A stretch of 64,000 bases of DNA from the human T2T-CHM13v2.0 reference genome, Homo sapiens. Below are positions 1 through 16,593 of the stretch, in pieces (within the stretch, counting starts at the first letter, position 1; the number at the start of each line of letters is the position of its first letter). Position numbers and translations under genes: made by a program. The notes beneath the pieces are model-generated. The model saw only the letters and a program-made list of their open reading frames with translations. It searched no databases and was not told the DNA's origin. The stretch lies in NCBI RefSeq assembly GCF_009914755.1, contig NC_060934.1; one strand, written 5' to 3'.

Positions 1-17
1 ACAACATCCTACATTAC

Positions 18-189
18 CTGCATCTTCACTGGAGGTATAGGAAGCAGTGAAGCCGCCATATGGCCTGGATCCATCCGTGAAAAAAATGACTTTCATTGTG
101 TTTCCTGAAGATTTAATCTCATTGCTTACATTCACACTACTACACAGTTTCTCTAGCTGGGGTGAGTTACTTCTAATGCCATTGAATAC
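18..189 (-). CDS. CUBN: cubilin exon 49 (172 nt; [57 protein letters not shown])
   Basis: caacag|GTA acceptor, G|gtaatg donor; translated by hand. Confidence 0.95.
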
Positions 190-637
190 CTGTTGGAAAA
201 AGAGTTTAACCTTCAGGCACACAATCCATCTTACTGCATATTTCCTAGGAGGTGATATTTCCAGCCCAGACCCACTTCCTTTTATGGGAACCCTGCCCCA
301 AAATGAATGACCTAACAATGCAGGTTTCTATCGCAGTGCCACAAGCCACTGTTACCCCGAGCACATTTTGTGACTTCAGGGTGATTTCACTAGAATGAAA
401 GTATTGCAGTAATGCCTTCCTGCCATGTGGTGATAGATTAAAAGCTGCTATACACTTTGCAACTGGAAACTGTGCTCTCAATGTAAAGGAGATGAGCCAT
501 TGTGCTTACAATGTGGTCTGCAGAGCTCACTGATGGGCAGTTTTTCTTAACAATGCATCAGGACATTTGTTACTTGGAAGGGAAGCTTAAATATCAGTTT
601 CTGATGATTTCATGTACATAATAAAGCAGATATTTTT

Positions 638-982
<345 letters not shown>

Positions 983-1382
983 TAATTTGAAAAATCAATC
1001 TCCATCTGCAATTAAACATAATAGTTCTTTCCTCATTAGTTATGGATTCAAAGCTTCAATTTTCTTACTTATTTGAATTTCCAATAATGGATTATTATTG
1101 ACTCTAAAATATTAAATAATAGCTGTAGTCATTCACATAGTTACAATAATTCGCAAACTATTCTTCCAATGCTTTATAAAATCAAATGAATTTGCATGAC
1201 TGGTTTTCACAGTTCAAAAAAAATCTAGATGAAATAACTGAACAATAATTCATTGATTGAATGGTTGATATTCCCATTTTTAAAAGGATTTGAATGACTC
1301 AAGATTAGAAATAATGACTCAGACTATGGCACTAACAGTTATGCAGAAGGAGAATGCACTCCACAACAAAAGATGTCATCTC

Positions 1383-1694
<312 letters not shown>

Positions 1695-2532
1695 AAGATG
1701 TCATCTCTTTAAATTTACTATAATTAATCAAATTTAGCTCTCTGGGGGCTTCTGGTGTAAAGTGTCTTCTGGCTCACTGGACCAGAAGAAGAGTTTGCTA
1801 TCATTTACTGAGCAGACAAAAATGCCAGTCTTTGCTTATCATCCACTCAGCCTGTCTTATCTAATCAACAAAACACCCTCCCAGGCAGATAACAGTATCC
1901 CTGTTTTCCAGATTAAGATACCAGAATCCAGAAAGATGATGTAATAATAGAACTGGGATTCAAACCATCCCTCTGATTCCAAACCATTAAGTAATGCATA
2001 AAGAAACAGATGAGGAAAAATATTTCTATAATGCTGAAAACAGGAATGGGCACCACATTGATGGAATCAAAAGGGATTAGAACCAACCATAAGGTTAATG
2101 GGACATGTCGGAAACTGTGATCAATGGCTGTTATCCTGCCTCTGAGTCTGCCTTTGGCATAGAATCACAATGACTGAACATGTTATAGTCATCCATTTAT
2201 CACATGGACTTCTGCTGTTAGAAGCAACCAGAATGCAATTCCCATCATTGTCCTCTAATCCCTTTTGTACTTAGAAACTACAACTCTCAGAGTACAAATG
2301 GATAGGAAGCAGGCACGTGAGATTTAGGATCTGCTATGAGCAGGGACAACATCAGACACAGGTCTTATTGTAGGACACACTGGGTGGCATAGCTTTTTAT
2401 TTTCTCTGTCTGTACAGAGAGTCAGATAGGCAGGTGGGTTTAGAGAAATTTTAGGCTCATTCCAGCTGGATAAGGTATTAGCTAGGAAGCAGTGCAATGA
2501 AAGTTAAAGCTGCCTCCTCTGCACCAGCAGAT

Positions 2533-2812
2533 CTTCTTTCTTCTTCACTCTTTTCTTTTTTTTCTTTCATCTTTTACTTCTTCTTTTCTCTTTCTCCCTC
2601 TCCTTCTCATTCTCCTCCTCCTTCTCTTTCTCCTTCTTCTACTTCTTTTCTTCTTCTCTCCTTCTCCTTCTTATTGTTCTTCTTTTTTTCTCCTTCCCCT
2701 TCTCCCTCTTCTCCTTCTCCCTCTCTTCTCCCTCTTCTTCTTCTCCCTCTTCTCCTCCTCCTTCTCCTTCTCTTTCTTCTTCTTCCTCTTTCATCTTTCT
2801 TCTTCCTCTTTT
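2533..2812. repeat. CT-rich polypyrimidine low-complexity tract
   Basis: About 280 bp of almost pure C/T (ctt/cct units). Confidence 0.9.
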
Positions 2813-4842
2813 CGGCAAGTTCTCAATCAAATAGAGTAGGGGCAAAGGCCAACCCACATGCCCTTGTTTGGAGCAGGGTAAAGAGGAACCAAAATAAACA
2901 TTGAACATATAAAAATACATTTCAAAAAAAGGAATGTGGACATTAGAACTAAAGACTCAGAAGAAAAATTAATTCTGAAAGTGATTCGTCGCTGGAGTTT
3001 TAACCTCCCCAAGAGAAAAGACCTGTGGATATGACATTTGTAGGTTTGCAGGTTTTGCTAAAGAGTCAGGGCCCCCTCATGCATACAGAGATACCAGTCA
3101 TCCTTTCAGTAATTCATTCTTAAATACGAATGAATAGCCAAGGATCAGCAGACATTTAGGGAAGTGACTAATGTAAAAGGCAGAGACCAATATTAGTAAA
3201 CAGGAGATAGGAACATGAAGAAAACTGACCCCAAATGAGCAACACAAAACTTCAAAATTATTATTAATATATTCATATATATTAATATATCAAACATATA
3301 AAATATTTAAATATATACTTTTCAAAGATTTATGGTAAAATAAAGATAATTTCAGGTATACCATTTTTCAAAAGATTTATTGCCCTTGCCCATTTCCTTG
3401 GGGAGCCGCAAGAGGGTATGCCTCACCAAAAGAGGAAATTAACCAAGAAAGGGACGTGCATAGCATCACAAAGTCAGCTCTCTAGCCCAGGAGAAGAATG
3501 AAGGAACTTGCACATTTGATGGCAAAGGGAAATTCTGAAATGACAGCTAGCATCAGGCTTGCAGCTGACGTACAAAGGCTCAAGGAAGGATATTACTGAG
3601 GAAAAGAAATGGAACTGATATGTTTTACTACAGAAGGTAGAGATGCACATCTGGGGTGGAGAGGGTGTGGACGAATTGGTGATCAATGCATAAAACCCAA
3701 GAAAATGTAAAGAGGACCCAATTATTATTATTCCTTAGGAAAACAAAAGCAAATGTTGCCATACTACACTACTTGGCTCAGTTGTGAATGGTGTTTACAT
3801 AATCATGGTAATGTCAACTGAACAGCAATTTAAGCAAAAGCGTGACATACGTATTTTGGGAGACGATTGGGAAAGTATATAAACATTGCATACCCCATGT
3901 GTGTTTGTGGTGGCAAAGGGGTAAGTCTCATCTTCTAGAGTAGGATGTGGATAGATAATGTCCAAAAAAAGCAAGGAGTAGTAGAATAGGAATATTATTT
4001 AGAAATAATGACATAAAACCCACCAGCAGTAGCTGCAAGAGTTATAAGTTGATAATTAAGGGATAGGGAGATGACAAGTAAGATCTGCTTTGGAATTTGT
4101 GGTTGTGACTGTAACTTTTATTTGAGATCTAAAACTATGACTGTTCATATTCTCTTTCCTAAAGGACATGTGAATACTCTGCTTGTAAAATTCCTGATAA
4201 TCATTATATTCAGTATGATTTAAACTATGAAAATAATTTCAAAGGTAAAAAACAACTGTTAGCACATACATCAAAATTTTAGTAATACATGAGTAGAATT
4301 AAAAATATCTTTATATTTTTTATTTTCTGAACTCTCCAAATATTGCTCAATAAGCATCCATTATATTTATAACCAGAAAAATAGATTAAAATCAGAATTC
4401 AAGTGGATTTATATCACATGATTACAAGTACATAAAGTATGCTTTGCCAAGAAGAGATGAGAAAATGAATCAAAATGTGGTATAGTGGGAGTGGTTAGTA
4501 TTTTTTCTACTTCATCTTTGTTTATATAATTCAATCAATAATAGGAAAAAAGTTTCTTTATAATAAACAACCTTAGTCCAAAATTTCCTGGCTCTCAAAT
4601 AAAAGAAAACACACTTGGTTTCTTATTTTCAAGATCTGAAAGAAAACAGTTCAGTCCTTCAGATATTAGAACTTGGAAATAAAATCTGAAGGTTGAATGA
4701 GATCATTTTACGGCAATACAAAGTGGTCATAAGATACAAAGATATTTCATATTTTTGAAATTCACTACCCAACAGGAGACGATTAAACTGAAAACAAAAG
4801 TGGCTTGTTATAAAAGGGATAATGATAGTACCTCTACTATCC

Positions 4843-5720
4843 ATTCATTCAACAATTATTTATCTCTATTATGTACAGGCACTGGGGATTCAGTGAATCC
4901 CCAGCAGTGAATGAAACTGTGGCTTGACCTCAAGGAGCTCACATTCTAGTGGGGGAAGCAGACAATAAACTGATGAACAAATCAAAATGATGTATGGCAG
5001 CAGGTGTGAAGTGCTGCAAAACAACATGGCAGAGAAGGGTCAGGCCAGGGTGGGGTCTGTAATATAAGGTACTTAGACCTTATGGATTAAAAGGCATTCG
5101 AGCAGAGACCCCAGTGAAGTGAGGGTGTGGAGCAGGCCGCCATCTGGGGAGGGGCATTCCAGATGAAGGCAACAGCCAGATGGGGAGCATCTCAGCACAT
5201 TCAGGGAACGGAATGGAGGCCAGGTGGCTGGATCCCAGAGAGCAAAGAAGAGAGGAGTTTGAGATAAGACAAACAGGTAGAAGAGGGAGGGGCAGCAGAT
5301 AATGTCAGCCAGGTGGGCCACAGGTGCAATTTGGGATTTTCCTCTGAGTTAGATGAGAAGCCATTAGAGGATTTTCAAAGGCAGCAACATGATCCGATTG
5401 AGGTTTAAAACCATCACATGCTGCTGTGTTGAGAACGTAGGGAGAGGAGAACGGAACCAGGGGGACGAGGTGGAACTTTCTAAAATAATCCAAGTGAACG
5501 GTGGGGGTATTAGTAGCAGATATGATGAGAAATAGTTCAATTGTGGATATTTTTAAAGATACACCCAATGGGACTTGCTTATAGATGCCATATAGGGTGT
5601 GAGAGGAAGGATTCCAAAATAGACATCAAGATTTTTGACCCAAGCAACCAGAAGTTTGGAATTATTTACTGAGATAACAAACACTGCAGAAGGGGCAAGT
5701 TGGGTGGAGAAATTTACTAA
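4843..5720 (-). mobile_element. L2 LINE 3' fragment
   Basis: Starts cattcattcaaca (antisense L2 tail), followed by L2-like body; boundaries approximate. Confidence 0.7.
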
Positions 5721-6320
5721 TATTAATCCAATCTTCCTATCTACACACACATATGTGTGCACAGCACTTCACAGTTAACAATCTATTTGTTATTCACACT
5801 CAGGGATCTCATTTGCTTTCTTTCACTGCAGGAAGCTGAGAGTGCTGAAGACACATGTGAAACCACTGGAGGTTGGTGACATGGAGGTCACGTAGCAGTG
5901 CTCTCCCACCAAGAGTCCCTCTGTACCCCTGGAGAGAGCAGTGCTTATGCAGGACCACCCACCTGCTCAGAACTTTCGTGGTGGCTTGTGCTGTGACTCT
6001 GGTCCCATTCAGCTGTGTGCTGCTGTAGGCTTAGCTTCCCACAGCCTCTCCGGTTTTGCCATTTGTCGTGATCATTCACTCTTAAAATTTATTCTATGAC
6101 CCTGATGCACAGAGTGATAGCTGATAGTCTCTTCAAACAACTTTTACAATTATTTTGACAGGTTACTGTGATTTTGTTCTTTCAACAATACTTAGAATTT
6201 GTCTGAGTTATAGTTGCATAGATGGCAATTTTCCTGACCTAGTTTTCTGACTATGATTTATGGGTCGGTAAACTCTTTAAATGATGGAATATAACATCTC
6301 AGGCGGCAGGGAACACTTAC

Positions 6321-6502
6321 TATCACATGCTCATTGTTGCAGGACGGATGCGTGGCCAGCCTCAGGTTGTTAAACATTAGGGTGATCCGCCTTCCCTCCG
6401 GGGCAGTGATTCTCCACTCGCAGATCCGGCCATGAGGATTTGGGTTCGGGTAGTTGGGAGAAGTAAATGTTCCAATAGAGCCCTGAAGATCCCCACCACA
6501 CT
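6321..6502 (-). CDS. CUBN: cubilin exon 48 (182 nt; [19 protein letters not shown]...CNNEHVI)
   Basis: cgtcag|AG acceptor, ATA|gtaagt donor; ORF 6258..6539. Confidence 0.96.
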
Positions 6503-6794
6503 CTGACGTGGGGAAAAAGCCAAGAAAACTTTCAATCAAATCAAAATGTTTCCTTCCATCAAGAAAGCTCTCAAAATTCAGGTATTTAAAAATTATCCTT
6601 CTAGATAAAATTAGTCTCCATATTTATTTATGTGCATGAGGATTTTAGTGAACATATACATTCATTTTTTATCTCTATTAATATTTAACCCTGCCTTCCA
6701 TGGGTGATAGTCCACAGGCAGCAATTTAGTTATCATCATGGCCCAAGAAATGAGAGACCAATGAATGTAATGAACTTAAGAATCAGGAAAATCG

Positions 6795-7181
<387 letters not shown>

Positions 7182-7540
7182 GAGGAAAATCAGAAAGTTA
7201 ATGTTAAGTACCCAGTTTTTCTGAACAAGATCTTTATTTCATTTGAGTTTGTTGGGTTTGCAGTAAGACAAATTCTGAGTAACTACAGGACTCTCTTAAG
7301 GTGGGCATTACAGTATAACTCTCATCCTCTTATTATCTCTCTCGTGATACTAGTTATTTTCCCTTATAGCATTGATCACAGCTGTAATTTTTCATTTATC
7401 ACTGTGAATTTCTGATTAAGGTCCAAGAAAATAGGGGTCATGTTTTGTTTTGTTTTTCAAATATTTTAACACTGGTGCCTAGCATAGTGTCTGTCCAATG
7501 CAGGTGCTCAATGTTGTGTTGAATGAATCAATGAACTCAC

Positions 7541-7681
7541 CTTCCATACTGGATTCAAATCGCAGTCTGAATCCTGAGGCAGTCACAGAGCCGTCTGTGA
7601 CAAACCTGACCACAGCAGTATTGCTAGAAGTGTCTATGCTGTCAGGAATGGTGTTTCCACAGTATCTGCCCAAGATGTTTC
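7541..7681 (-). CDS. CUBN: cubilin exon 47 (141 nt; [15 protein letters not shown]...RFESSME)
   Basis: tcacag|GA acceptor, G|gtgagt donor; ORF 7479..7694. Confidence 0.96.
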
Positions 7682-8329
7682 CTGTGAGAGACAAATAATT
7701 AAATATACATGTCCAAGTGATTGATTTCCTTTACCCTCTATTCAAGGTGTCCTGTGTGTACAAAGAAAATAATAAAAAACAAGACCCTGCCTATGAAGAA
7801 ACGTTAATCTCTGTCAAGACAACAGGAAAACATGAATAAAAATGAACATATTCAAATACATGAAGAAGTGAAAAAAATGCAACCAATTAGGGGAAGGATA
7901 TCTCAGCACAATGAGGAAGGCTTGCTCATTTGGTTGAAAAAATGATCTGAGACAACAGTGACAAGTATCTGCCTTATGCTACCACTAGGAGACATGCATG
8001 ATCCCTTCCCCATCTCAAGCTATAGAACACCCCTCAAATAACGGCATGTGGCAATGGGATGTCTCAGCAGCAAGAGGTGCCTTCCCACTACCGTTGCTCT
8101 CCCCAAGTGGCCTCCAGGGTGGGCTATATGACACCTGGGCTCTGGGCATCCATTGTTAATGGTAGAATTGAGGGAGAGAATCACCAGTACTGCCCAAAGC
8201 TCATTAGTCTGCACTTCTCTGCAGAGTATAGATGTGCTTTTGCCTTTCTTGGAAGTGAAGAAACTTCAGAGGCTGAATAAGTACATGTGAAAATAAACAC
8301 CCAAAAGAGAGCAGATATATTTTACTAAC

Positions 8330-8539
8330 CAGAGGTATGATTGTCCCAGATCTCCACGAAGTCTTTTTCACAGCCAGAAGAATTCTGAAGGTTAAAGTCT
8401 TCAAAAGAGATGGTGAGATAGTGTCCAGAGAGCCCCTGGAGATGCCACTCACAGAATAAGTTGTCTCTGTATGGAAGTGTTGGATGTCCAATGCTTTCAA
8501 CAACACCACTTTGCCCTGGTACTCTTCCCCCACACTGAG
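8330..8539 (-). CDS. CUBN: cubilin exon 46 (210 nt; [16 protein letters not shown]...EIWDNHTS)
   Basis: ttgcag|CT acceptor, G|gttagt donor; ORF 8325..8582. Confidence 0.96.
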
Positions 8540-9300
8540 CTGCAAAAAATAAAAATAAATAAATAAATAAGAAAGCAAGCAAGCAAGAAAGATTGATTCT
8601 ATTACAAATTTTGTTTTCTTCATTTCACCAGCACATTTGAAAACTTTTAGGTGCCAAGTGACTCTGAATTGAAGTTTTAAAAATTCTGAAAACGGTTAGT
8701 GCTTTCCTCATTATTTGAATTCTACTGTTGATGTAAACAGAAATGATACCACAAGTCCAATACAATAATGGGAAACAGAAGATGATGACTAAATGGAATA
8801 TTCTGTAATGTCACATTAATTCTTTTGGGACACTATGTAAGAGCTAATAGTCGCAAGTAAGTTTCATCTCAAGAACCAACTGATAGGCTGATCTGGCCTG
8901 CCTAGTACCCTGTGTTGATCCTAAAGACTGAACCCAAGCTCAGCTGGAAGGGGTACTGTGGGGACACCTGCCATTCCTAGTTTTACTCTCAACTAAACAG
9001 TTCACTACAGTAACTGATATCTCAGGGCCTTGAAAATTACTATTCAATTATGTCTTATTAGCTGGGTGTGATAGCTAATTGAATTATATGCAGCTTGACT
9101 CAGGATATAACACGATCTATGGTGTAGTTAAACATTGTTACCACTAGGCTTTCTGAACTTTCGCGGTATTAAATATTTGTTTGGTTTGTGTCTAAACCTA
9201 TTAGATACCAAATTATGTGCTATTGTGACCATATTATAGTGAATCTTCAACCGCTCATTTTTTAAATAAGGAAATCAAAATGCTGAAGAGGCATATTTGC

Positions 9301-9620
9301 TTTCTTTTTTTCTTTTCTTTTTCTTTCTTTTTTTTTTTTTTTGAGACAGAGTCTTGCTCTGTCACCCAGCCTAGAGTGCAGTGGCGCAATCTCGGCTCAC
9401 TGCAACCTCCGCCTCCTGGGTTCAAGCAATTCTCTGCCTCAGCCTCCTGAGTAGTAGGAATTACAGGTGCCCACCACCATGCCTGGCTAATTTTTGTATT
9501 TTTAGTGGAGACAGGGTTTCACCATCTTGGCCAGGCTGGTCTTGAACTCCTGACCTCGTGATCCACCTGCCTTAGCCTCCCAAAGTGCTAGGATTACAAG
9601 CATGAGCCACCATGCCCCAC
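9301..9620 (-). mobile_element. Alu (AluS-type)
   Basis: Antisense Alu; degenerate TSD cat(a/g)tttgcttt. Confidence 0.92.
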
Positions 9621-9777
9621 TGACATGTTTGCTTTTTATCCAGTGACTGATTTGGCACTAGAGACTCAGAGAAAAAAAAGGTTAATTATTTTATATTTGA
9701 TGAGGAATTCAAAGACACTGTGCTAAATAGAGTTACCTGGTTCTTAAATGGTTTTATTACTTAAAGTAATAAACATA

Positions 9778-10112
9778 CTGCATTTCTTCCTTTTCCTTGG
9801 GGGATACATTCCAAGACCCCCAGTGAGTGCCTAAAGCCTCAGATAGTACCAAACCCTATACAGACATATAGACTGTTTTTTTCTCTATATATGTACCTAT
9901 GATAAAGTTTGCTGTATAAATTAGACATAAGAGATTAACAACAATAACTAATAATAAAATAGAAGAATCATAATAGTATACTGTTAGAAAAGTTATGTAA
10001 ATGTGGTCTCTCAAAATATCTTGGTGTACTGTACTCACCTATTTTTGGGCCTCTGTTTACCAAGGGCATTGAAACCATGGAACATGAAACCATGGATAAG
10101 AGAGAACTACTG
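9778..10112. mobile_element. MER44-like (Tigger-derived) MITE
   Basis: About 335 bp, TA-flanked; ends resemble MER44 termini (gggggatacattccaagacccccagtg ... ggataagagagaactactg). Confidence 0.7.
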
Positions 10113-10406
10113 TATTTCATAGTAAGCTGAAGAAACAGGAGTTTGATTTAACCACATATATTTCTTCACAAATAAGTTAGAGAAAATATAAAATATTTAA
10201 GTTTACTAAGATTACTTTTTAAAATGAAAATTAAAAGAGAAATTAAAGTTGATTAATGACTGTAGTTTCAAACATTTACACTCCTTACTTATTTCTAGCA
10301 TTAAAATATTTTTAAAATTAGGCAAATAGACTTATTTTTAAAAAGTCATGGTTTTTAAAAAAGTTTTAACATATTCATTCTATAATAACTCTTATTTAAT
10401 ATAAAA

Positions 10407-11124
10407 ATGTTTCCCAGGGTTTTTATAGTTTCATGTTTTACAGTTAAGTCTTTACTCCATCTTGAATTAATTTTTGTATATGATATAAGGAAGGGGTACA
10501 GTTTCAATCTTCTGTATACTGCTGGCCAGTTCTCCCAGCATCATTTATTGGATAGGGAATCTTTTCCCTATTGCTTGCTTTTGTCAGCTTTGTTGAAGAT
10601 CAGATGCCTGTAGGTGTGAGACCGTATTTCTGAGCTCTCTACTCCATTCTATTGGTCTATGTGTCTATTTTTGTACCAGTACCATGCTGTTTTGGTTACT
10701 GTAGCCCTGTAGTATAGTTTCAAGTCAGGTATTGTGATGCCCCTAGCTTTGTTCTTTTTGTTTAGGATTGCCTTGGCTATTTGGGTTCTTTTTGGGGTCC
10801 ATATGAGTTTTAAAATAGTTTTTTCTAGTTCTGCAAAGAATGTCATAATAGTTTGATAGGAATCCCATTGAATCTGTAAATTTTGGGGAGCAGTATGGCC
10901 ATTTTAATAATATTGATTCTTCCTATCCATGAGCACGGAATTTTCTTTCATTTGATAGGGTGGAGGGTGGGAGAAGGGAGAAGAGCAGAAAAAATAACTA
11001 TTAGGTACTAGGCATAGTACCTGGCTGATGAAATAATCTCTACAACAAACCCCCAAACACGAATTTACCTATATAACAAATCTGCACATGTACCCCTGAA
11101 CCTAAAATAAAAGTTTTAAAAAAA
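10407..11124 (+). mobile_element. 5'-inverted L1 (older L1PA/L1PB type): antisense ORF2 piece 10407-10954 plus sense 3' end 10955-11124
   Basis: ORF 10649..10846(-) is L1 ORF2 ([32 protein letters not shown]); 3' UTR ends ctgcacatgtacccctgaacctaaaataaaagt plus A run on +. Confidence 0.85.
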
Positions 11125-11131
11125 TTATTAC

Positions 11132-11310
11132 CTATAGAATACTTGGCCTTGAATCCCACATGTGTGGGGCTGTTGTCAGATCGAAATCTCAAATACATAA
11201 CCTCTCCTGAGGACCACTGACTGCTGGGCAAAGATGTCCCACAAAATTTGGAAAGTATTGGTGCATCCGAATCCACTCCATCCCGCAACTCAAGGTAGTT
11301 GGAAGTACAG
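11132..11310 (-). CDS. CUBN: cubilin exon 45 (179 nt; CTSNYLELRDGVDSDAP...GFKAKYSI)
   Basis: cttcag|C acceptor, G|gtaata donor; ORF 11040..11288. Confidence 0.96.
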
Positions 11311-12472
11311 CTGAAGTGGGAACAAAATTCTGTTAAATTTACATGGTCAGATGCTTATTTTGATAATGACAACCTTACTTACTTTCTTTGAAGATATTAT
11401 TAAATCATCATTTCTTAGCATAAAAAACTATGATAGAATCAGCATAAGCCATGTCACTTTAAAATGCTGTATGATATTTTTCCTAATAATACATTCTTTT
11501 ATTAGTAGCTCAAAAGACAGGTTTTACATGTTCTACATTCAAGAATATTTACTTCCCTTCCATATTCTGTATTGGTTTTACAAACATAAATGTTGCTTTC
11601 AAATTAGTCCCTAGGAATTTCAAAAAACAACAAATATTTTGTTCCACACAATGACTTGATACATTTCACAGGACAAAGATAAATTCTCTAACAGCTCTGT
11701 AATTGGGACTAATGGAGCGTCCCAACTGGAATTTTCTGTGTCCATAAAAGTAGATAAGCATGTATCTAACGTTTCTTCAGGAAGTCACATTAGCCAATTA
11801 ATGCTCCATGAGTGGAAAAGTAGTATTAGACCCAGTGCCAGAAATAGCAACAGAAGATCTTATATCCAAGTTTTGCACCACAGCTGCATTCATGCAAATG
11901 TATACATACTTTTGTTCAAGGAAAGAGAAAAATGTTTTCTACGATCAATATAGTTTTTCTTTCTCTTCAACATAGTAAGACTTACTGTTTTGTAATCCTT
12001 TCAGAACTCTTATTAAATAAAGACTGAGAAATTATACTGTGCATGCTTTAGTACTGTTCCGACAGTGCTGACCCCTGGTGACACACCACACAAATTCCCA
12101 TTTGTTAAACAGACATTTTATCATTTGTGACACCGAATATGAGGCTGGTCAAATAAATATTCATCTATCAGAAACATGATATATTTCCTGTGCGAGGAAG
12201 AATGGATAACATCAATCTCAAGTAGCCACCCTCAGTGTCCCTTGCAGGAAGTGTCTAGGGTCACAAGGGACAGTATCCACATACATAACCGGCTCAGCTG
12301 ATGGGAGAGTGGCTGGCCGACTGTGTTTTCAGGCCTGAGCCATTAAGCATTTCCCTTTTCCCCTAGATTTCCTTGCAGTATGTGCTACTGAAAGAAATGG
12401 ACTGTTTTGAGACATGACGGTTAAAAAATACTAACTTGGGGTAGGAAAAAAATGAAAATGGAAGTGACATAC

Positions 12473-12647
12473 TTGGGTGTTACTTCAATATCGAATCGAT
12501 CTTCAAATTGCAGCTGTATGCGTGTTTCCGGTGGAGCCGCTAAGATCCAAATGCAATCAGCGTGCGGGGGATAATTATGAGGGTGGTTGGGGGAGGTCAC
12601 ATACCCAGCAGAATCAGCATCATGGATGTAGACGTTGCCCCCACAGG
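12473..12647 (-). CDS. CUBN: cubilin exon 44 (175 nt; [23 protein letters not shown]...DIEVTP)
   Basis: tcacag|CC acceptor, AA|gtatgt donor; ORF 12421..12663. Confidence 0.96.
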
Positions 12648-13699
12648 CTGTGAGCAAACACACTTAAATCAGTCTATGATCTGGTGAAGGGGATGCAGTC
12701 AATGGCCACAAATCATCTTTTAAAGTCGACTTCTCTGTATTTTGTCTCCATTTCCTTTCATCTGTTATGATCCTCATTTTCTTTTCCAGCAAACAAATTC
12801 TCAATTTGCTATCGAGGGAGCTACGAGGTGTGACACTTTTTATTTTGCCAGACCATTTATCTATTCTCATTGGAAATTTCATTCTTTCTTAAAGCCAACC
12901 AAATGATTATGGCACATGGTGCACGGGGCAGAACATCACAGAAGCATGAATAAATATCCACCACTTCGATAAGCATGTAAGTATGCTAGCAGTTACAGCT
13001 TCCCACTGAGCATTCAGTACAGCAGAATGATGCAGAGCTATGATCTTGATATATTTAAAAGACTAAGCAGATATATCTTTGCACAACTCGGGGAGCATTC
13101 ATTCATTACATTTCTTCAGGATTTAGATGCATTTGAGAACCAAGATCAATGGAATGAAATAATTTATTAGTAATGTTATGCCAGAGGATAAAGGAGCTTT
13201 TTAATATTTCTTTTCTAAAAAACCAAAGCATTATCAAAAAATATTTTTCTATTATCAATAAATATTCTTTGGCATTTTCAACAAACAAACCAGATAGGAG
13301 CAAAAGTACTTACAATGCCAATGAAATTAACCTGTCCAATCACTTAGCCATACACATACTTGATCTGCTCAACTCTAGAACATTTGTGTCCACTGTCACT
13401 CATCCACTTACAGTCACATCCTGAATTCTGTCATACTTCCAACTCCCCCATCTCTGAAACTCTAAATTGCAAATCCCTTTGATGAGCTCCAACTCCCTTG
13501 CTTCGTGTCTTTCCTTCAAACTTCCCTTGCAAAATACCAACTCCGTGGTTGTGTTCAATTCAAGCCATTCATTCATGGAAATTGATGCCCCTGCAAATAT
13601 ATGTTCTCCCATCTCAACACAGCCAAGCAATTCACCCATTACTTTTCATATAAACTACAATGGCTGTTTGGAACTTTACTCCCTAAGCCCTTGACTTTC

Positions 13700-15770
<2,071 letters not shown>

Positions 15771-16299
15771 CAGGCCTATTAATCAGGTGAGAATAAAAGG
15801 CATCTACCACAGGGTCCTAGAAATCTCAATCAACCATAGCGAAGGAGTGTCTCTGGAGAAAAATGGTATAAAACTAGGTGATTTGATGTCAAAAAATGTT
15901 CACAAAAGGACCTAGGTTAAAGGCTGAGAAGTGGGAGTGGCATGGAAATAGATATGGTGGGAAGATAGCCAGATAGACGTGGGAAGTAGAAGGCTGGCTA
16001 TAGTTATGGAACAATCTTGAGTTGGTAAGTAGAGAGAAATAACAGTGATGCTGTTGTTTCAGGTTGCCAAGAACAGGTTGTGAAATCAAAAGACTTTTAA
16101 GTCTGATGTTAACAGCAGTCATAATAAGCTTCAAGAAAGACAGGGAGAAAGTAATGGCCATAACCATACTTGCATGAACAGTGAATCCACAAAGGAATAG
16201 AAGAGGTGCAATGTCAAACACACCCTTAGTGTATCTCTTAGTGTATCTGAATTACCACTAAATGTTGACTTTAAAAATATAAATCAAACTGAGTCTATT

Positions 16300-16593
16300 G
16301 GCTGAGGACGGTGGCTTACTCCAGTAATCCTAGCACTTTGGGAAGCCAAGGCAGGTGGCTCACCTGAGCTCAGGAATTCAAGACCAGCCTGGGCAACATG
16401 GTGAAATCCCATGTTTACCAAAAGTACAAAAATTAGCTGGGCATGATGGTGCATGCCTATAATCCCAGCTACTAGGGAGGCTGGGTCAGGAAATCACTTG
16501 AGCCTGGGAGGCAGAGGTTGCAGTAGGCTGAGATCATGCCGCTGTACTCTAGCCTGGGCGACAGAGAGACCCTGTCTCAAGAAAGAAAAAAAA
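16300..16593 (+). mobile_element. Alu (AluJ/old S)
   Basis: TSD actgagtctatt at 16288-16299 and 16595-16606. Confidence 0.92.

Noticed and set aside
2925-4400. Possible very old L1 remnants
   Set aside because: Too degenerate to assign a family or boundaries by eye.
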